Part shown: piece by piece, positions 11,617-25,500 of the stretch | How the letters are laid out: every line of letters begins with the position of its first letter | Position numbering within the stretch: the stretch's first letter is position 1 | Assembly (NCBI RefSeq): GCF_001194135.2 | Contig: NC_068990.1 | Location: forward strand, 82,504,442-82,568,441 | Length of the DNA stretch: 64,000 nt | Direction of reading: 5' to 3' | Source: Octopus bimaculoides | Lineage: Eukaryota | The notes under the pieces: model-generated | Told to the model about the DNA's origin: nothing | The model's input: the letters and a program-made list of their open reading frames with translations, nothing else | Databases searched by the model: none | Position numbers and translations under genes: made by a program

Positions 11617-12689
11617 TATATATATCATGTATGGAAGCACACACAGTTGCACATATGTATATTCAGGTAGTGGAAATCACTTATTTTGCATTGGAATTGG
11701 ATTGGATTGGAACCTTTTAGATAACAGTGTCCTTAGCACGTTTGCGACACATTAATTTCGATACCAAAATGGCGTGATTACCTATTCCGTGATGATATAA
11801 TATGAGTGCATGAAGATATTTCAAAACACAGTCTTAAATGAACATGAAATTAACATATTTATCATGAAATGCCTTTTCTTTTACTACTGTCAGCTCGCTG
11901 AATGTGACCATGCTTGAGCAGAACCATTAAAGCGTGGTTGTTTTATAAAGATATTGTAGAATGATAAACCATTATTTTTATAATGATTTTCTTAGAGAAT
12001 AAATATATAAATCATAAAAATAAAAGATATACGGGGATATAGGAGAATAATATCCCATTTAGTCTCTCATATAATATCTTCTAGATATTTATACATTCAT
12101 GTATTTTTATATTTTATACTTGTATAGATTTCCATGAAGTAGATATATTTTTACAAGAAATTTTATCTTAAATGCCTCACGTATTCAATAAAAAATGCTA
12201 TAATTTTTTTTATTAGGATATCACATACGCTACGATGCAAACATTGAAAAACAACAAAAACAATAACAGAGTGGATTGATGGAATTCATTTTATTATTCA
12301 TCTTGTTTTTATTTTGAATCAATATTGTGATAAGAAGGTAAATGTTGGAAAAACAAGGAAGAACGACATCCATGCTGGGGCGAGGGTTGGAGGCAATGGA
12401 AAACCAATTGATGTACTAAATTGAATAAAACACATCTATCGTAAATAATTTTGGGTTATTATGCTTTCCTCAAATTCACCATTTCAACAAACGTACAACA
12501 TTATTTATGCAGTTTTAGTTTCATATTCTTTCCTTTCTTTCACTTTTTCTTCCCTTTTTCTCTGCGCTTTCTACTTTGTCTTTTCACTGGAGCATGTTTA
12601 TTCAATATCTGATTAGCAATACAAATAATGTTTTCTAATTGAGACAATAGGCTAGCAATTTTGAAAGGTATGGGAAGAGCTAGGCGATT

Positions 12690-13030
12690 AGGGGGACACT
12701 TGTATTCCATTTTGTCTATGGTGGAGGGATGAAAAGCAGAGTTCAACTCGGAGAGATTTGAACACAGAACAGAGCTAGAGTAAATACTTTTTCGACGCTC
12801 CACTGATTGGGCCAGTTCACTACTTCAAATAATTTTTTCAAATTGTCGCACCAGGCCAGCAATTTTCAGGGGAAGTGGAAGTCGATTACGTCAACCCCAG
12901 TGCTCAAATGATATTTATTTTACCGATTCCGAAAGGATGAAAAGCAAACCCAACCCCAGTAGTATTTGAACTCTGGACGTTAAGAGCCGGAATAATTGTC
13001 ACTAAGCATTTTGTCGGATGCCGTAACGAT
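12690..13030 (-). mobile_element. Two adjacent SINE family A copies
   Basis: GGGATGAAAAGCAGAGTTCAACTCGG (12716) and CCGAAAGGATGAAAAGCAAACCCAACCCC...GATTCTGCGAACTCCCGCC (12929-13027). Confidence 0.75.
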
Positions 13031-13319
13031 TCTGCGAACTCCCGCCCATTTCAATACAAATAAGTCTTAACAGGCGCACAGTCGCATTACTCGGGGGATT
13101 GGTCGCAAACTGTTGATTAAAATTTATCATGTATATGAATGGTGCTTAATATATTGATTCCACATGAATAAAACCATACAAATAAAACCTACCTTCGCGG
13201 GAACTCTGAACCAAGATCGTAATGGGACTCATCTAAATATCAATTTTGGCAGTTAACCCTCACTGTATTCATTCTTGTTTCTAACACAGTGAGAAAGCCA
13301 CGAGTTTCTTATGAAGGAC

Positions 13320-13490
13320 AAAAGTCGATTATATCGGTCAGAATAATTGACTGCTACATTAATTTATCCTCCGAAAGGATCAAAGTAAGCTTAATCTCGG
13401 TGGAATCTGTACTCCTAACACAAATAACCGAACTAAACACTAAAAGTTATTTTATTCAATAATCTAACCATTGTGCTAATCTACCGGACT
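13320..13490 (-). mobile_element. Highly decayed SINE family A
   Basis: AAGTCGATTATATCG...ATTTATCCTCCGAAAGGATCAAAG...CTCGGTGGAATCTGTACTC. Confidence 0.55.
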
Positions 13491-14815
13491 AAAAAAGAAT
13501 CTTACCACAGTTCCTATTCAATATGTAACTCTACTTTTGCCCTGGCGGAAAATGGTAATTTATAAGATTAAGGAATTACAAAGTTGTATTAGAAATAAAC
13601 GTAATGACTCTTACTCTATTTCGCGCGATCATGAACATGTAAGAATAATTTATTGGCTCTAGCTGAAGGGTGTCCTTCATCAAAAGCGCGAGGGATGTTT
13701 GAAGTTTCGCAAGGGATGTGTACTCGTGCTTGTGACAGTAAACACGACACTTCTTGTAACTATTTTCGTATTTCAGTATTTTACAACAGATCCCCCACTT
13801 CAGTCTTATCCGTCTTTATCTCGTACTTATTCACAGATACATACACATATAAAACCCATCTATATGCGCATACATGTATTTATGGACAACACTAAACACA
13901 CACATTCGTATGCACCTGCATGTAAACACATACACACATATAAACACAAACATCGCTACCCACGCACACACATAACACGCACGTCTCCACCCACCTACAT
14001 ATTGCTGCCAAGGCATATGTATCCGATTCAGATAGTAGTAACAGGGTCATTTCTAATCATGAATACCTTTCAGGTTTATGAATACATATCAATTGCCCTA
14101 CATCTATAAGTGTACACATGAGTCATACTAACATAAGCGCTTGGTTAGAAATTGTAGAATGAGAAAGTAGGTGACCGCATCGACCATGGTACCCGATTGG
14201 CACCTTCCCGAACGATCTCATACCGGGATACCTATACGTAGAGATATTAATGCCACCCCCCACACACAGAATACATCGACAAACATGCTGAAAAACACGT
14301 GTCGCTCGCGTAGAGAGATGGTATGTTCAGGGGTTTGTGGCAGTGGTGGTGGGACTGTTGTTATTTCTTTCGTATTTTCTATTGAGTACCGGCTTCTGTT
14401 CTACTATATCTAAAACTTCATGTATTTGTCCTAACGTTGAGTCACGTCGACATTTTGATAGGATCTTTTTTTTTTTCTTTTAGTGTGCCGTCACCTTTAT
14501 CCTTAGCATGTTGATAAAGTACTGATGTAGGTTTCCAATTTCTGTGTTACTGGAGTGTTCTGCCACTCTCTCAGCCAAGTTGCGTACGGTTCCTTCCATG
14601 CAAGGAATGGTAAAGTACCTACATTCACTTTCCATGCACGGCCAGCATTATGGCAATATGTAAATAAGGGCTAAGCAAAATTGTCTGTGATTACATTGCA
14701 TGTATAAAGCAATAAGCTACTTTGTTTCAGAAGGTATGTGTGGTTAAGTAATGTAAGGAGTAAAGTCATCTTGATGATGAATCATAACAATCGAAATGAT
14801 TCGTACATGTATTTA

Positions 14816-15088
14816 TGTATGTATGTATGTATGTATGTATGTATGCATGCATGTATGTATCATACACACACACATACACAGAGTTTAGGCTGTCTCTAAA
14901 AAAACGGAAAATCCAGATATCCAGGCCACTTCCGGTCCCAAGGTTGCCGGATATTTTGTCTGTCATTGTATATTTATCTATCTTATCTATCTATAAATCA
15001 TATCTGTCTATGAATCTTCCTTACCCACCTACCTACCTACCTACCTACATGCATACATACATACATACATACATACATACATACATAC
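14816..15088. repeat. (TATG)n and (CCTA)n/(CATA)n microsatellites
   Basis: Tetranucleotide arrays at about 14816-14860 and 15025-15088. Confidence 0.85.
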
Positions 15089-15917
15089 ATGTCTCGTATT
15101 ACGGCAATCTCAGGTTACAAGAGTTTATACTGATAGTATTCGTAAAGTATGATAACTTTTTTTCAGGATATGACTTACCGCAAAGTTGGATTAATCTTAG
15201 CAATTTAAATGGCCGTCTTCCGACATTTTAGCTAAGATCAAATAAATGTTAAAAGTTTGAAAATCTACAATCAAGATACATAAATATCTGCGTGGGCATG
15301 TGTAAATGTTTGTGCTTAATTCACTATATACCCAATGTGTAAAGTGAAAATTTTCTCTGTGAATATTAAAAAAAAATATGACAAAAGATTCGTTGACAGG
15401 AATCAAAACATGCCTTTCTTGTTTACCACTTAGAAAGTGGCACCACGAGAAGTTTCTGATCTCATTTCTTACATGCTAGTCATACTGAATATATATTTAA
15501 CGAGTAAGGAAACGCACGCGTGTTTCAAAGAGAAATAAACTTGAGGTAATGTGTTTTTTTTCTTTTTTACTGCTAACATCTACAAAAGAACAGATATATT
15601 ATTTAGGATCGATGTAGATACGAGAATAAGCTTTCGGGGAATATGAAATCAATTAATAAAACCAAATGACAACTGTAGATATGTATACTTGATATAAAGC
15701 ATAAGTAAACACGTATTACGGCAAGAAGTATATATATATAATTATTTACGAAGTGTATGTGTATATAAGAACCGAAATGGGGTTCATGAATAGATTATAA
15801 TCAGACAAATATTTTCATATGAAAATATAAAGATATAGTGATGTAGGGACATAGAAATAATTTGAATATATGCTTGTCTATTTATCTATCTATATATATA
15901 TATATATAAATTTATAT

Positions 15918-16208
15918 NNNNNNNNNNNNNNNNNNNNNNNNNNNNNNNNNNNNNNNNNNNNNNNNNNNNNNNNNNNNNNNNNNNNNNNNNNNNNNNNNNN
16001 NNNNNNNNNNNNNNNNNNNNNNNNNNNNNNNNNNNNNNNNNNNNNNNNNNNNNNNNNNNNNNNNNNNNNNNNNNNNNNNNNNNNNNNNNNNNNNNNNNNN
16101 NNNNNNNNNNNNNNNNNNNNNNNNNNNNNNNNNNNNNNNNNNNNNNNNNNNNNNNNNNNNNNNNNNNNNNNNNNNNNNNNNNNNNNNNNNNNNNNNNNNN
16201 NNNNNNNN
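15918..16208. other. Assembly gap (N run)
   Basis: N run. Confidence 0.98.
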
Positions 16209-16368
16209 AGAGAATGGATTTAACTACAAAATTACATTGACATAATTATGGAAGTGGAGATATATAGCTTAATGCCTTCAAGCTCAAACTAGAACTTCCC
16301 TTTCCTATTGCTCTACGAAGAATTATTAAATCTTGAATTGCCACATTATGAGCTACATACACAAGCAG

Positions 16369-16408
<40 letters not shown>

Positions 16409-17574
16409 TTTTACACATTATATATATAGAGAGAGAATTATACACATCCATACAAACATTCATATTAATAGCGAGAATAACGTTTACTAAAAAAAAAAAA
16501 TAAACAAAATTAACCGATTTAAAATACTTCCAACATAAGTATATCTTACCATTAGAAATGTTTTGCACCGTTAGGATCATGTGTCTAATATATTAATATA
16601 TATGTATACATGTATGTATTTGTCTCTCTCTCTCTCTCTCTCTGTATGTATTTATGTATGCTTGTAAGTATGTATTCTCGAGCCATATGACTCCTCTTTC
16701 TGCCTTGTCTATATTTTAGACTTCCTACAACTTATGCTGACGCCATTACAACTACTGCCTATTTCTCTCACTCAACACCTCTGTATGTAACTGTTTCTCA
16801 TTCTTCTTACCCTATTTACCTTTTTGTCCTTATTTCCTTTTCTTTTTCTATCTATCTCTCTATTTATCTCACTATCTTTTTTTTTTTTATCTTTCTATTT
16901 ATATAACTTTCACCTTCACTCTCGGTTTCTTCTCCTTTCAGTCTTTCTAGAAATAGCATCATGTTGTTAGTGTATATATAACGCTTCCGCTATTCTGTAT
17001 GGAGATGAATTGGCGAAATAAAATTTACTAATAGATCAATAAACAACAACAATAACAACTGCTCCAGTAACAGTAAAATAATAAAAAACAAACAAACAGC
17101 AAGACTGGTTAAAGCAGTAACTACAATAGATTAAAAAAAAAACAATATATATATATATATATATGTACAAGAGAAATAAGACAATATAACAAAAAGAGAA
17201 ATGTGAGACAGAGAAAGAGAGGAGGTAAAGTGATACAAAGTTCTTGATCTGGAAATAAACCAAAGAAAACAATAGAACATTTTGAAAATACTGTAGATGT
17301 GTTGACAAACTGCAGGATGTATCAGCTACGTGCTTCCTCTTACCGAACGGAAAACCATTTGTGTTGTGGATAAAGAATACAAATTAAACTCACCAAGAGG
17401 AAATATATTCATAACAATGCACAGAATGTCTTATAATTTCTTTAAATAACAAACTACAATTTGTATTTGAAAGTTTGCAGTTATAAACGATTTAGAGAGG
17501 AGTTCGGCAGAGTCTAATTCGTAAAAGAACAGCCAAGATATTGGAATGATGAAAAGGGCAGAGAAATGACAGAA

Positions 17575-17650
17575 TTTAGCCGAGTGGCGAACGAATACAA
17601 TGTGGTAGTTATTTCCGTCACTCTACCTTCTGAGTTCGAATTCACTCCGA
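17575..17650 (+). mobile_element. SINE family A head fragment
   Basis: GGTAGTTATTTCCGTCACTCTACCTTCTGAGTTCGAATTC (B-box region). Confidence 0.5.
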
Positions 17651-18769
17651 TAGTCATTTCAGGATCATTACAATTCGTACTAGCCAAGTACTAAATTAAC
17701 ATGACGGACCATATTGTTGTTCCAGTAGTGATCAGAGTTGTGCAATCATATGTCCTATGTATTGTAACTACTAAGATATATTGTGTAGGGTATATTTTCT
17801 CATGAGGTATGGAGGAGCCTGTGAGGATTGAAAAGAGAGCAAATAAATGTTCATGATTTCCTTTGTTTAATAAATATAAGACTGTTTTAAAGTTTTAAAG
17901 ACATCCATCACCATGATGAAGAACAAAGAGGAGTATATGGATGCGAATTCTTCCCTCTCTTCTTGTTAGTATAGTAGGCTGGGGTACAAAATTTTACCCT
18001 TTCGTTCTTTAGTTTGAGGGTGTGGGGTTAGTATTAAAGAGTATTAAAGAGGACGGAAGGCAAAGTTTACCGTATCAAGATTTGAAATCAAAATGTAAAA
18101 AGCGAGAAGAAATAAGAGCAAAGCATTTTCTCACTGCTTTAAAAATTCCACCAATACACAACCTTGAAAAGTAATCCGTTGTAATGACTGAAGAAAATTC
18201 TTATTCATAATTTACGCATAAGTATGATGAATAAAAGGAGACTAAAAAATGCAATATTGTTCCATTATTTTTTATTTGATCTCCAGAGTATTACAATGCC
18301 CCTCACCCCCGCAAAGGAAAAGAAAGCTCTGCTTACAACCCTTCGTTGTTATCACGAATAAAAACCAGTAACTTACAAGCATGATTTAATCGGTTATGTC
18401 CATTTGATCTCTTTATCCATATCTGTATTCCGGATCTTTGGATCTGTTTCTCCCGCATTTCTTTAACTGTACGTAGACCACATGGGTGGTATCAATAAGG
18501 TTCTTTTTCCTGTAATTAATGCCAAAATACAAAGAAGTCATTGCAAATTAAGAGATGTCAAAGTTTGGCATTTTGCCTGATGAAACTAATCAATTTTCTA
18601 ACTATAGCAACAATCTTGGTCTGTGTTTGTTAAGTTATTGATGAGTTATTAGTAGCTATGAGTAATGGGAGACATAAATAAAGATGGTACATATTGAATA
18701 TAGAATAAGTATGTTAAGTATTATTTTTTATTTGCTGGCTTTAGAGGAAGGGATAGTGCTCGTGACCTT

Positions 18770-19260
18770 AGCAGGATTTCGTAGACCGGCGAGGTTTATG
18801 CTATTAATGCTCTTGTTGTAACATTGCAAGTCAACATACGCAGAAATGACAACAGCAGCAAAGCAATTTCATAGAGTTGATGTTCGGGAAGGAATGGACT
18901 GGCGTAGTAATTAGTGGGTGAGAATTAGCAAGGGAATTTGGACACAACAAAGATGATGAAAGAAGGAAAGACGAATGGGTTTGGAATGCTTGAGAGGCGG
19001 TGACATACGCTAAGACAGCTCCGAGGGGCAGAGGGCATATATATTAATTGTATTTGAAGTAGCAGAAAGTGATAGTGTCATCTATGGGTCAGTGACAAGA
19101 GCACGGCTACGGATGACTTTATATCAATCTGTCGAGTGGCCCTTGTCCTGATGCGGCCTAGAATATCTGAGTTAATAGCAGCACCGTCCTAGATGTGAGA
19201 GCAATAATCCATTTTGGGTCTCACGTGAGTATAGAACAAATATGTTGAATAAGGAAATAT
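18770..19260 (-). mobile_element. CR1-clade LINE ORF2 C-terminus (decayed)
   Basis: Minus frames read YTHVRPKMDYCSHI*DG...RIRTRATR...CPSELS*RMSPPL...HHLCCVQIP...RTSTL*N...DLQCYNKSIN, matching the CR1 pattern RPxLEYCSHIW...WNSLP...DLQxFKxxIN. Confidence 0.75.
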
Positions 19261-19317
19261 ATTTAGAAATAATACATTTCTAAATCTCTGAGAGAGATTT
19301 ATGCAGTAGTGATACGA

Positions 19318-19580
19318 TGAAGTAGTTGTATGCTGTTAACTTAATGTAACAGTCCCCTGAAGGGAATAATACTACTGTTGGTTAGACCTAGGAAGCTGCA
19401 CTGCTTCCTGTCGGCCTTGACACATTTCTCTGACACATTTCCTGTATCCTTGTAAACATAAGGACACAGGAAATGTGTCAAGGCCGACAGGAAGCGGTGC
19501 AGCTTCCTAGGTCTAACCAACAGTAGTATTATCCTCTTCAGGGGACTGTTACATTAAGTTGACAGTATACAACTACTTCA
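19318..19580. repeat. 263-bp near-perfect palindrome (foldback hairpin)
   Basis: The left arm TGAAGTAGTTGTATGCTGTTAACTT...CCTTGACACATTTC is the reverse complement of the right arm GAAATGTGTCAAGG...AAGTTGACAGTATACAACTACTTCA with few mismatches. A 13-nt internal duplication lies in the left arm and the loop is tiny. Confidence 0.95.
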
Positions 19581-20559
19581 AGGAAATATATGCTGAGTAT
19601 AGAATACGCCCTGTGAATAGGATATTTATGGTGATTACTTTGTGTTTGAGAGATCTAAGTTGAGTATTGGATATATCCTGAACATATATAATTCTAGGTC
19701 AATGCTTATTGGACACGGCATTAAAATAATCCTGATTTTTAAACCATGATATTATATTGTTATATAGTGTTTTGCAGATTGGGTATCGTACACAGAGGGA
19801 GGCCACGCGGTTTACATTTACATATCACAACTGTCAATAAATATTCGCGTCGTCCATATTTCAGAAACTGGAGAGTGCTAAAAAGGGATAAAACTCAATT
19901 AGGGAATGCTACATTTTTCTTTGTTTATATTTTTTTCTGTTGGACTAAAACAAGCGTGTTACTCACCTTATGCATGGGATCATATGTTAGCAAGGCCATT
20001 GAAATACTAGAAATCACTAAGGTGCCTGTTCTCTTTTTTTTTTGTGATCTCAGGGAAATTTGGTTTCCAACTTTTGTTTTTAATGATACCTACTTTATTT
20101 CATTCATGCTGCAACATAAGAGAACAGCATACACAACATACACTCACATTTCCATTCTCATATAAATCTCTAGTCTATTGTGTTGTAAGTTGCTTATTAT
20201 AGAATTTAAAAAAAACTCCATGATTTGATTTCCCTCCCTAAAGAGGGATGGAAAATTTAGGTAAAGATATTGTTTTTTAGCGCTAGATCATGCTTCGTTG
20301 AGTAAACCCATTATCAAAGAGTATCGATCTGTGACCATCACGTTTTTAAAGTTTAACTAGAGTTGTTTTTTTTTCTGCTGTGTTCTTCGTTTTCAAAGAT
20401 GTTGCTACAGGATTCAAAAGAGATATGGTTGTCACTTCTGAATGGATGAGCAACCAATTAGAGATGGTTAATGGGGGTTATGTTGACCTGTAAATTTTAA
20501 GGTTTATCGGCGAGAGAAAATCAAAGCAAAGTTCTTGTGGGCTTAGGTTCAAAAGGGAC

Positions 20560-21320
20560 GGATTGGATAGTGTTAAATGAGACATCCAGGGGATGGACAG
20601 TGAAGAAATAATTACATAAGTGGATATAGAGATGATAAATGACCTTTATAGATTGGCAATTATCAAGATTACAAGAAGTCATGAATGTTGAAGACAAAGA
20701 AAGTGAACAATTCACTAGTGCAAAAGTGTCTGGGGACTGAATATATGGTATATGTGTTGACAACATGAAATGGCAACAGAGATAGCAAGCCATGAACTGG
20801 TGTGTATAGCTATTCAAACATTCTGATCTGCCATTAATGAATGGTGTTTGGTGTTTAGACTCAACTAAGTTCCGTTTAAATAGACTTATGATCAAATATA
20901 TTCTGGTTGCAATTATCCCTTCTGTCCATACAGTACTGCCTAATATGGTTTAATAATTCACCATGATTTTGTTAATTGTTTTAGGTGCCTATCTAGCCAT
21001 GAGCAAATACACACCACCCTCGTGTCCCGTCACTTGACCGAGAGACATATCCAGGATGAGGCAGAAGGAGGAAGGGGATATTCTATCAGTGTTCAGGTAT
21101 TCTCATTTACTCTTGTGCAAACTGGAGGAATATGAAAAAAGAAACACCTTCACCAATGACGCAACTCGCCATTCTGTCAGGAATTGAGTGCGTGACCTTA
21201 TAATCGGGAGCAGAACATTTTCCTTTCCATGACCGTAGCGTGTTAATTTTCATGGAAACTTCTCTACTATTTCTAACAGATCGAGCAGATATTAAGGTCA
21301 TTAGGCCTTTTCCAAATAAC
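20560..21320 (-). mobile_element. Possible decayed APE endonuclease of a CR1-like LINE
   Basis: Minus frames give SARSVRN (NARSxRN-like), PDY and PGYVSRSSDGTRGWCVF (PGY..R.D..RGGGV-like). It lies upstream of and on the same strand as the CR1 3' end. The similarity is weak. Confidence 0.3.
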
Positions 21321-21880
21321 ATTCAACAGACATGCATCGATCAAAAACTCAAATATTTATATTAATTAAACTCCAATATTTATATCAATGTTTGTATCTC
21401 GAGTTAGAAAGCAAATGTACATTTTCAGTCTAAGTATTCTACTTAGTGTACACTAATGGCCTAGAATAATCCATAAAAGTTACACCCTCTTATTTTCCAA
21501 TCCTGTGAATATTTATATTTTTGGTTAATTAAAAAGTCAGTTACAGAAATGAGTGAGGTCTTGGCTTGTAATTGGAGTGCGGTTCCAGAATATAGGTGTT
21601 TCTAGACCACCTCCGGTCTTCGCATTTCTCTCAGTCTAATATCTTACACAAAAACGGCCTCGTGCCTATATAAGAAATCAATAACAGAAATAAGTTCAAT
21701 TCTGCAATATACATCGTATTATAGTATATCTACTAGATTTCAGTTAATCGATATATCATTGAACGTCTCCCATTCATACTGTAACAAACAAATGTTATTG
21801 TTAAACAAGTCATTATTCATTGAACTTTTAACCTCATCTTCAATGTTTTTGTTTGCTTTTATTACCGTTAACACAAAGAA

Positions 21881-21918
<38 letters not shown>

Positions 21919-21961
21919 GGACAGACAGAGAGAAAGTGAGGTGGGAAGAGTAACAGCAGAT

Positions 21962-22085
21962 CGACTTGCTCAACGCCGTGTGCTATTTAATTTCTTCATT
22001 CAACTTTCCATGTTCAAATCCAAATGAGGTTCGATCTTGACTTGCATCCCTTGCTGGTCGATACAATAAGTACCAGCCACATTCT
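21962..22085 (+). mobile_element. Decayed SINE family A
   Basis: Reverse complement GGCTGGTACTTATTGTATCGACCAGCAAGGGATGCAAG...GGATTTGAAC matches the family A core. Confidence 0.55.
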
Positions 22086-22215
22086 GGCATCGATTCAAAG
22101 AGATAGTTTTCAACAAGTGTATAGTTTTCAACCAACCAATATGAAAAATCATTAATACTAACACCACTTTCCATCGACAAAATTTCATTTGACGTCATCA
22201 GCGACGTCATTTGAT

Positions 22216-22570
22216 TTCTTCTTCTTCTTCTTCTTCTTCTTCTTCTTCTTCTTCTTCTTCTTCTTCTTCTTCTTCTTCTCCTCTTCTTTGTCTTCTTTCT
22301 CTTCTACTTCCTTTACTTCTTCTCCTTCTTCTTCTTTTTCTTCTCTTCTTCTTTTCCTTCTTCTTTTCCTTCTTTCCTTCTTTTATTTCTTTTTCCTTTC
22401 CTTCTTTTACTTCTCCCTCTTCCTCAATTTCTTCGTTTTCTTCCTCTTTTTCTTTTACTTCTCTCTTTTCTTTTACTCTCCTTCCTTTTCTTCTTTTACT
22501 TCTTCCTCTTCTTCTTTTATTTCTTTTTTTATTTCTCCATACACTATTCTTCTTTTGCCTTTTATTTCTT
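22216..22570. repeat. (TTC)n microsatellite decaying into a pyrimidine tract
   Basis: Perfect TTC run followed by a degenerate T/C tract. Confidence 0.95.
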
Positions 22571-25500
22571 CTTTTTCTCCCGCAGATGATAAATTAGACA
22601 CCAAAAGATGACATCGAAAGATAATCGGTGATAACATCCACCGAAATATTGCCCAAGTCGATGGAGACTGGAAGTGTTAGTCAAAATATTTAACCTTAAC
22701 TATTTCAATTCACCCGTTTGCAAATATACAACATTAGTAGCTATTGCGTAACAAGGTAACCAGCAGGTCCACTGCATAATTGACGAGTGTGACGAGTTCA
22801 ATCTTGACGTAAGACTTTGAACGGTAAAAAGCAATAACCTTAATAATATCATTATCAACAGCAATAGCAACTACAACAACAACCACAGCAACAAATTTCA
22901 TTATTAGTTCCTTATGTTTATTTCGTCGAAACAGAGTTTAATGTCTGCAAGCTGTTTGTATTTTTTCATGTTTCATGCTATTTCTCTTAGAAAATCTCAA
23001 GCGGATATATCATTCCATTTTTGAAGTTTGGTAAATCAAAGTAACACGCAATAACACTGAATGTTTTGATATCCGCGAAGTGAGTAAATTTATGGAATCA
23101 TATGTAGCCAAACGGATGACGTCATACTGTTAGTAAAACCTCTAGTTGCCATCGTACAATCTATATACTCTAATTGCTAGTTTCAATTTATGACAGTGAT
23201 ATTATTCTGATACCGTGTATTTTAGTGATCTTTAAACTTCCATAAATGTCGGTTACTAATGTTGGCATCATTGTGCGATGGGTCATCTTTTAAAGCTGTA
23301 AATGTCACTAAAATATTAATCACAGTGTTAAGAGATTAAATAGATTCTTATCGAATGAAAATTAATATAGTTTATAGACGGAGTGCTTAATAATCCTTCA
23401 GGCATAATGTTTAATGACATAAAGGCCATTTCTCAAGAGGAAATTTATCTAACCCAAAATCTAAGTGTAGACTCACCGTTAACTGAGGCAATAGTGTGTT
23501 GGCTCTCTTGTATTGAGATGTGGTGTTATACTGATAATACTTCTTTAAGTGGCTGCAAATAAGATGAATTTCATCACATTCACGCTACAAATCTCTGGCC
23601 CCCGCTAGCTTCAATAGATCTTCAATTTCATGGTATGTCTCAACCAATAACTTCAAAATAGTTGAGTAGTCTTCATGCTCTATTAGGGAGCGGAAGTCTC
23701 CAAAATACGGTCTAGCATTGAACCCGATAGTAGTGGCCAGTAAAATCTACTCTGCGTCGAATAACATTAGTTGAGATAGGAGAAACCTATCCATAAATCT
23801 TCTCTTTGGTTTTCTGATCAAGCCATAAAAGCCCAAATCAAAAGCCAAAGTCAAGACTATGAAGGAGGAGCTTGCATATCACCTTGATGGTTTAGTATTA
23901 CATTGGATTCGTTTCGACGTTTAGTCTCTTGTGCATTGGTGGAGAAAGCATATCCGTGTTCTATTTCAACTGCCTGTAAATAGTCACTGCAAGCTACGTT
24001 TAAGTTTTATATATATATTTCTTATCAGAACTGAGTTGCGATATCTGAAATAATAACTGAATTAATTTGGTCGAATCATAAGTTAGAAGGTAATGATCTA
24101 CCGCAATTTCAATTATCTATCTACTTATTTATCTTTTTATCTATTCATTTATTCCTTTACAGTAAATGAAGCTTTCTCCGAGAGCTCAATACATTATTCT
24201 ATTTTCTCTTCATTAATCATTTTATTTCTTTTATATCCGAAATGTTTTGGAAAACGACTGAGGTTAAGGACATTACCTTTTTTTATTGTTAACGAACAAT
24301 TTCAATGCTTCTGTATTTGTATTCAGCTGTTTGTGTAGATCACCTTTGATGTATTGTCTTCTTACTTAATCAAAAGTTTATGATAATGAAATATACACAA
24401 TTTGTATGAGGTACCTATTATGCTAATCTATATTTGTGCTGTGCAATATCTTTAGCAATCAAATGAAATACTTATTAAACAATATAAACTTTCTCCCAGT
24501 TTTATACATCCAAGATAGACACATCATATTTTAACGTATTTCTTAGTAATGTAACACAAAATATGCACAGTATATCAATATAAGATGTAAGGTTATGGAA
24601 TACTAGATAACTCGAAGATTGACATTAGACTCAAGTAGACCTTCAGTTGCTAAGTTTGGATCTGTATGTTTATAATCGGCTAATTTATAAGCAGAGGAAC
24701 GTATATGAATGTTGAATGTTCCGTGTTTTTTTTTTTTATAAAACCAAAATTCAGCCATTGCCGAGAAAATTTATTTCAACTTACCACCTTCCCAAAACAT
24801 TATTTGATTTAATCCTCTAAGTCGGATGAATGAATGTCTAACAATAGAGAATTCCTTGTGTCAGCCCAGTTGATTATAACTGTCTTTTGTAGTTTTCCTA
24901 AAAGCGGAATTGAGATCACATGCTTCGAGAATACCCTTGTATGGTTACTTTCTGATCTAGCAAGCATGTCAGCACACTAACGTATTTCTTAGCCGAATTA
25001 TTTAAACAATGTTTGTTCCAAACCGATTTCAGCTGAAACAACTCCAAAAGCCCGGATAATTATTAGATTTCACGAGTTACTACCACGGCAGAGCAGAATT
25101 AAGAAAAAGAAAAGAAAATACTAGAAAATGGCATAAAAAAGTAGAAATAGTAAACATCTGGTATTGGGTGGCAGCAGAAGGAAAATAAAGGATGATAACC
25201 TTCGGTAAATCTACTCACAATTATTTGAAATCTTCCACACATTCAGTCGAAAGTTGTTACTGATCTCCTTGATTTGGTTAAATAGTGTGTAAGATAATAA
25301 CACGAACAGATGTAGGGGAAATAGCTGTGATTTTTCCAAACAAAACGCCGCTTTAATTCTTTTTATTTAGAAGATTTAATTAACATAAAAAGTCAGCTGA
25401 TTCCAGTTAAATAACATTTCACACAATAAGAACAAGACTATTTTGTTAGCTTTTTTTTTTTTTACTTACTTTCTTAAACTTATATGTGTATGATACTGGA

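Noticed and set aside
20985-21096. Plus-strand exon candidate CLSSHEQIHTT...GYSISVQ
   Set aside because: It overlaps the antisense APE-like LINE region, and no homology is recognised.
21983-22210. Protein-looking ORF MTSLMTSNEILSMESG...
   Set aside because: Its 3' half is the antisense of a decayed family A SINE.
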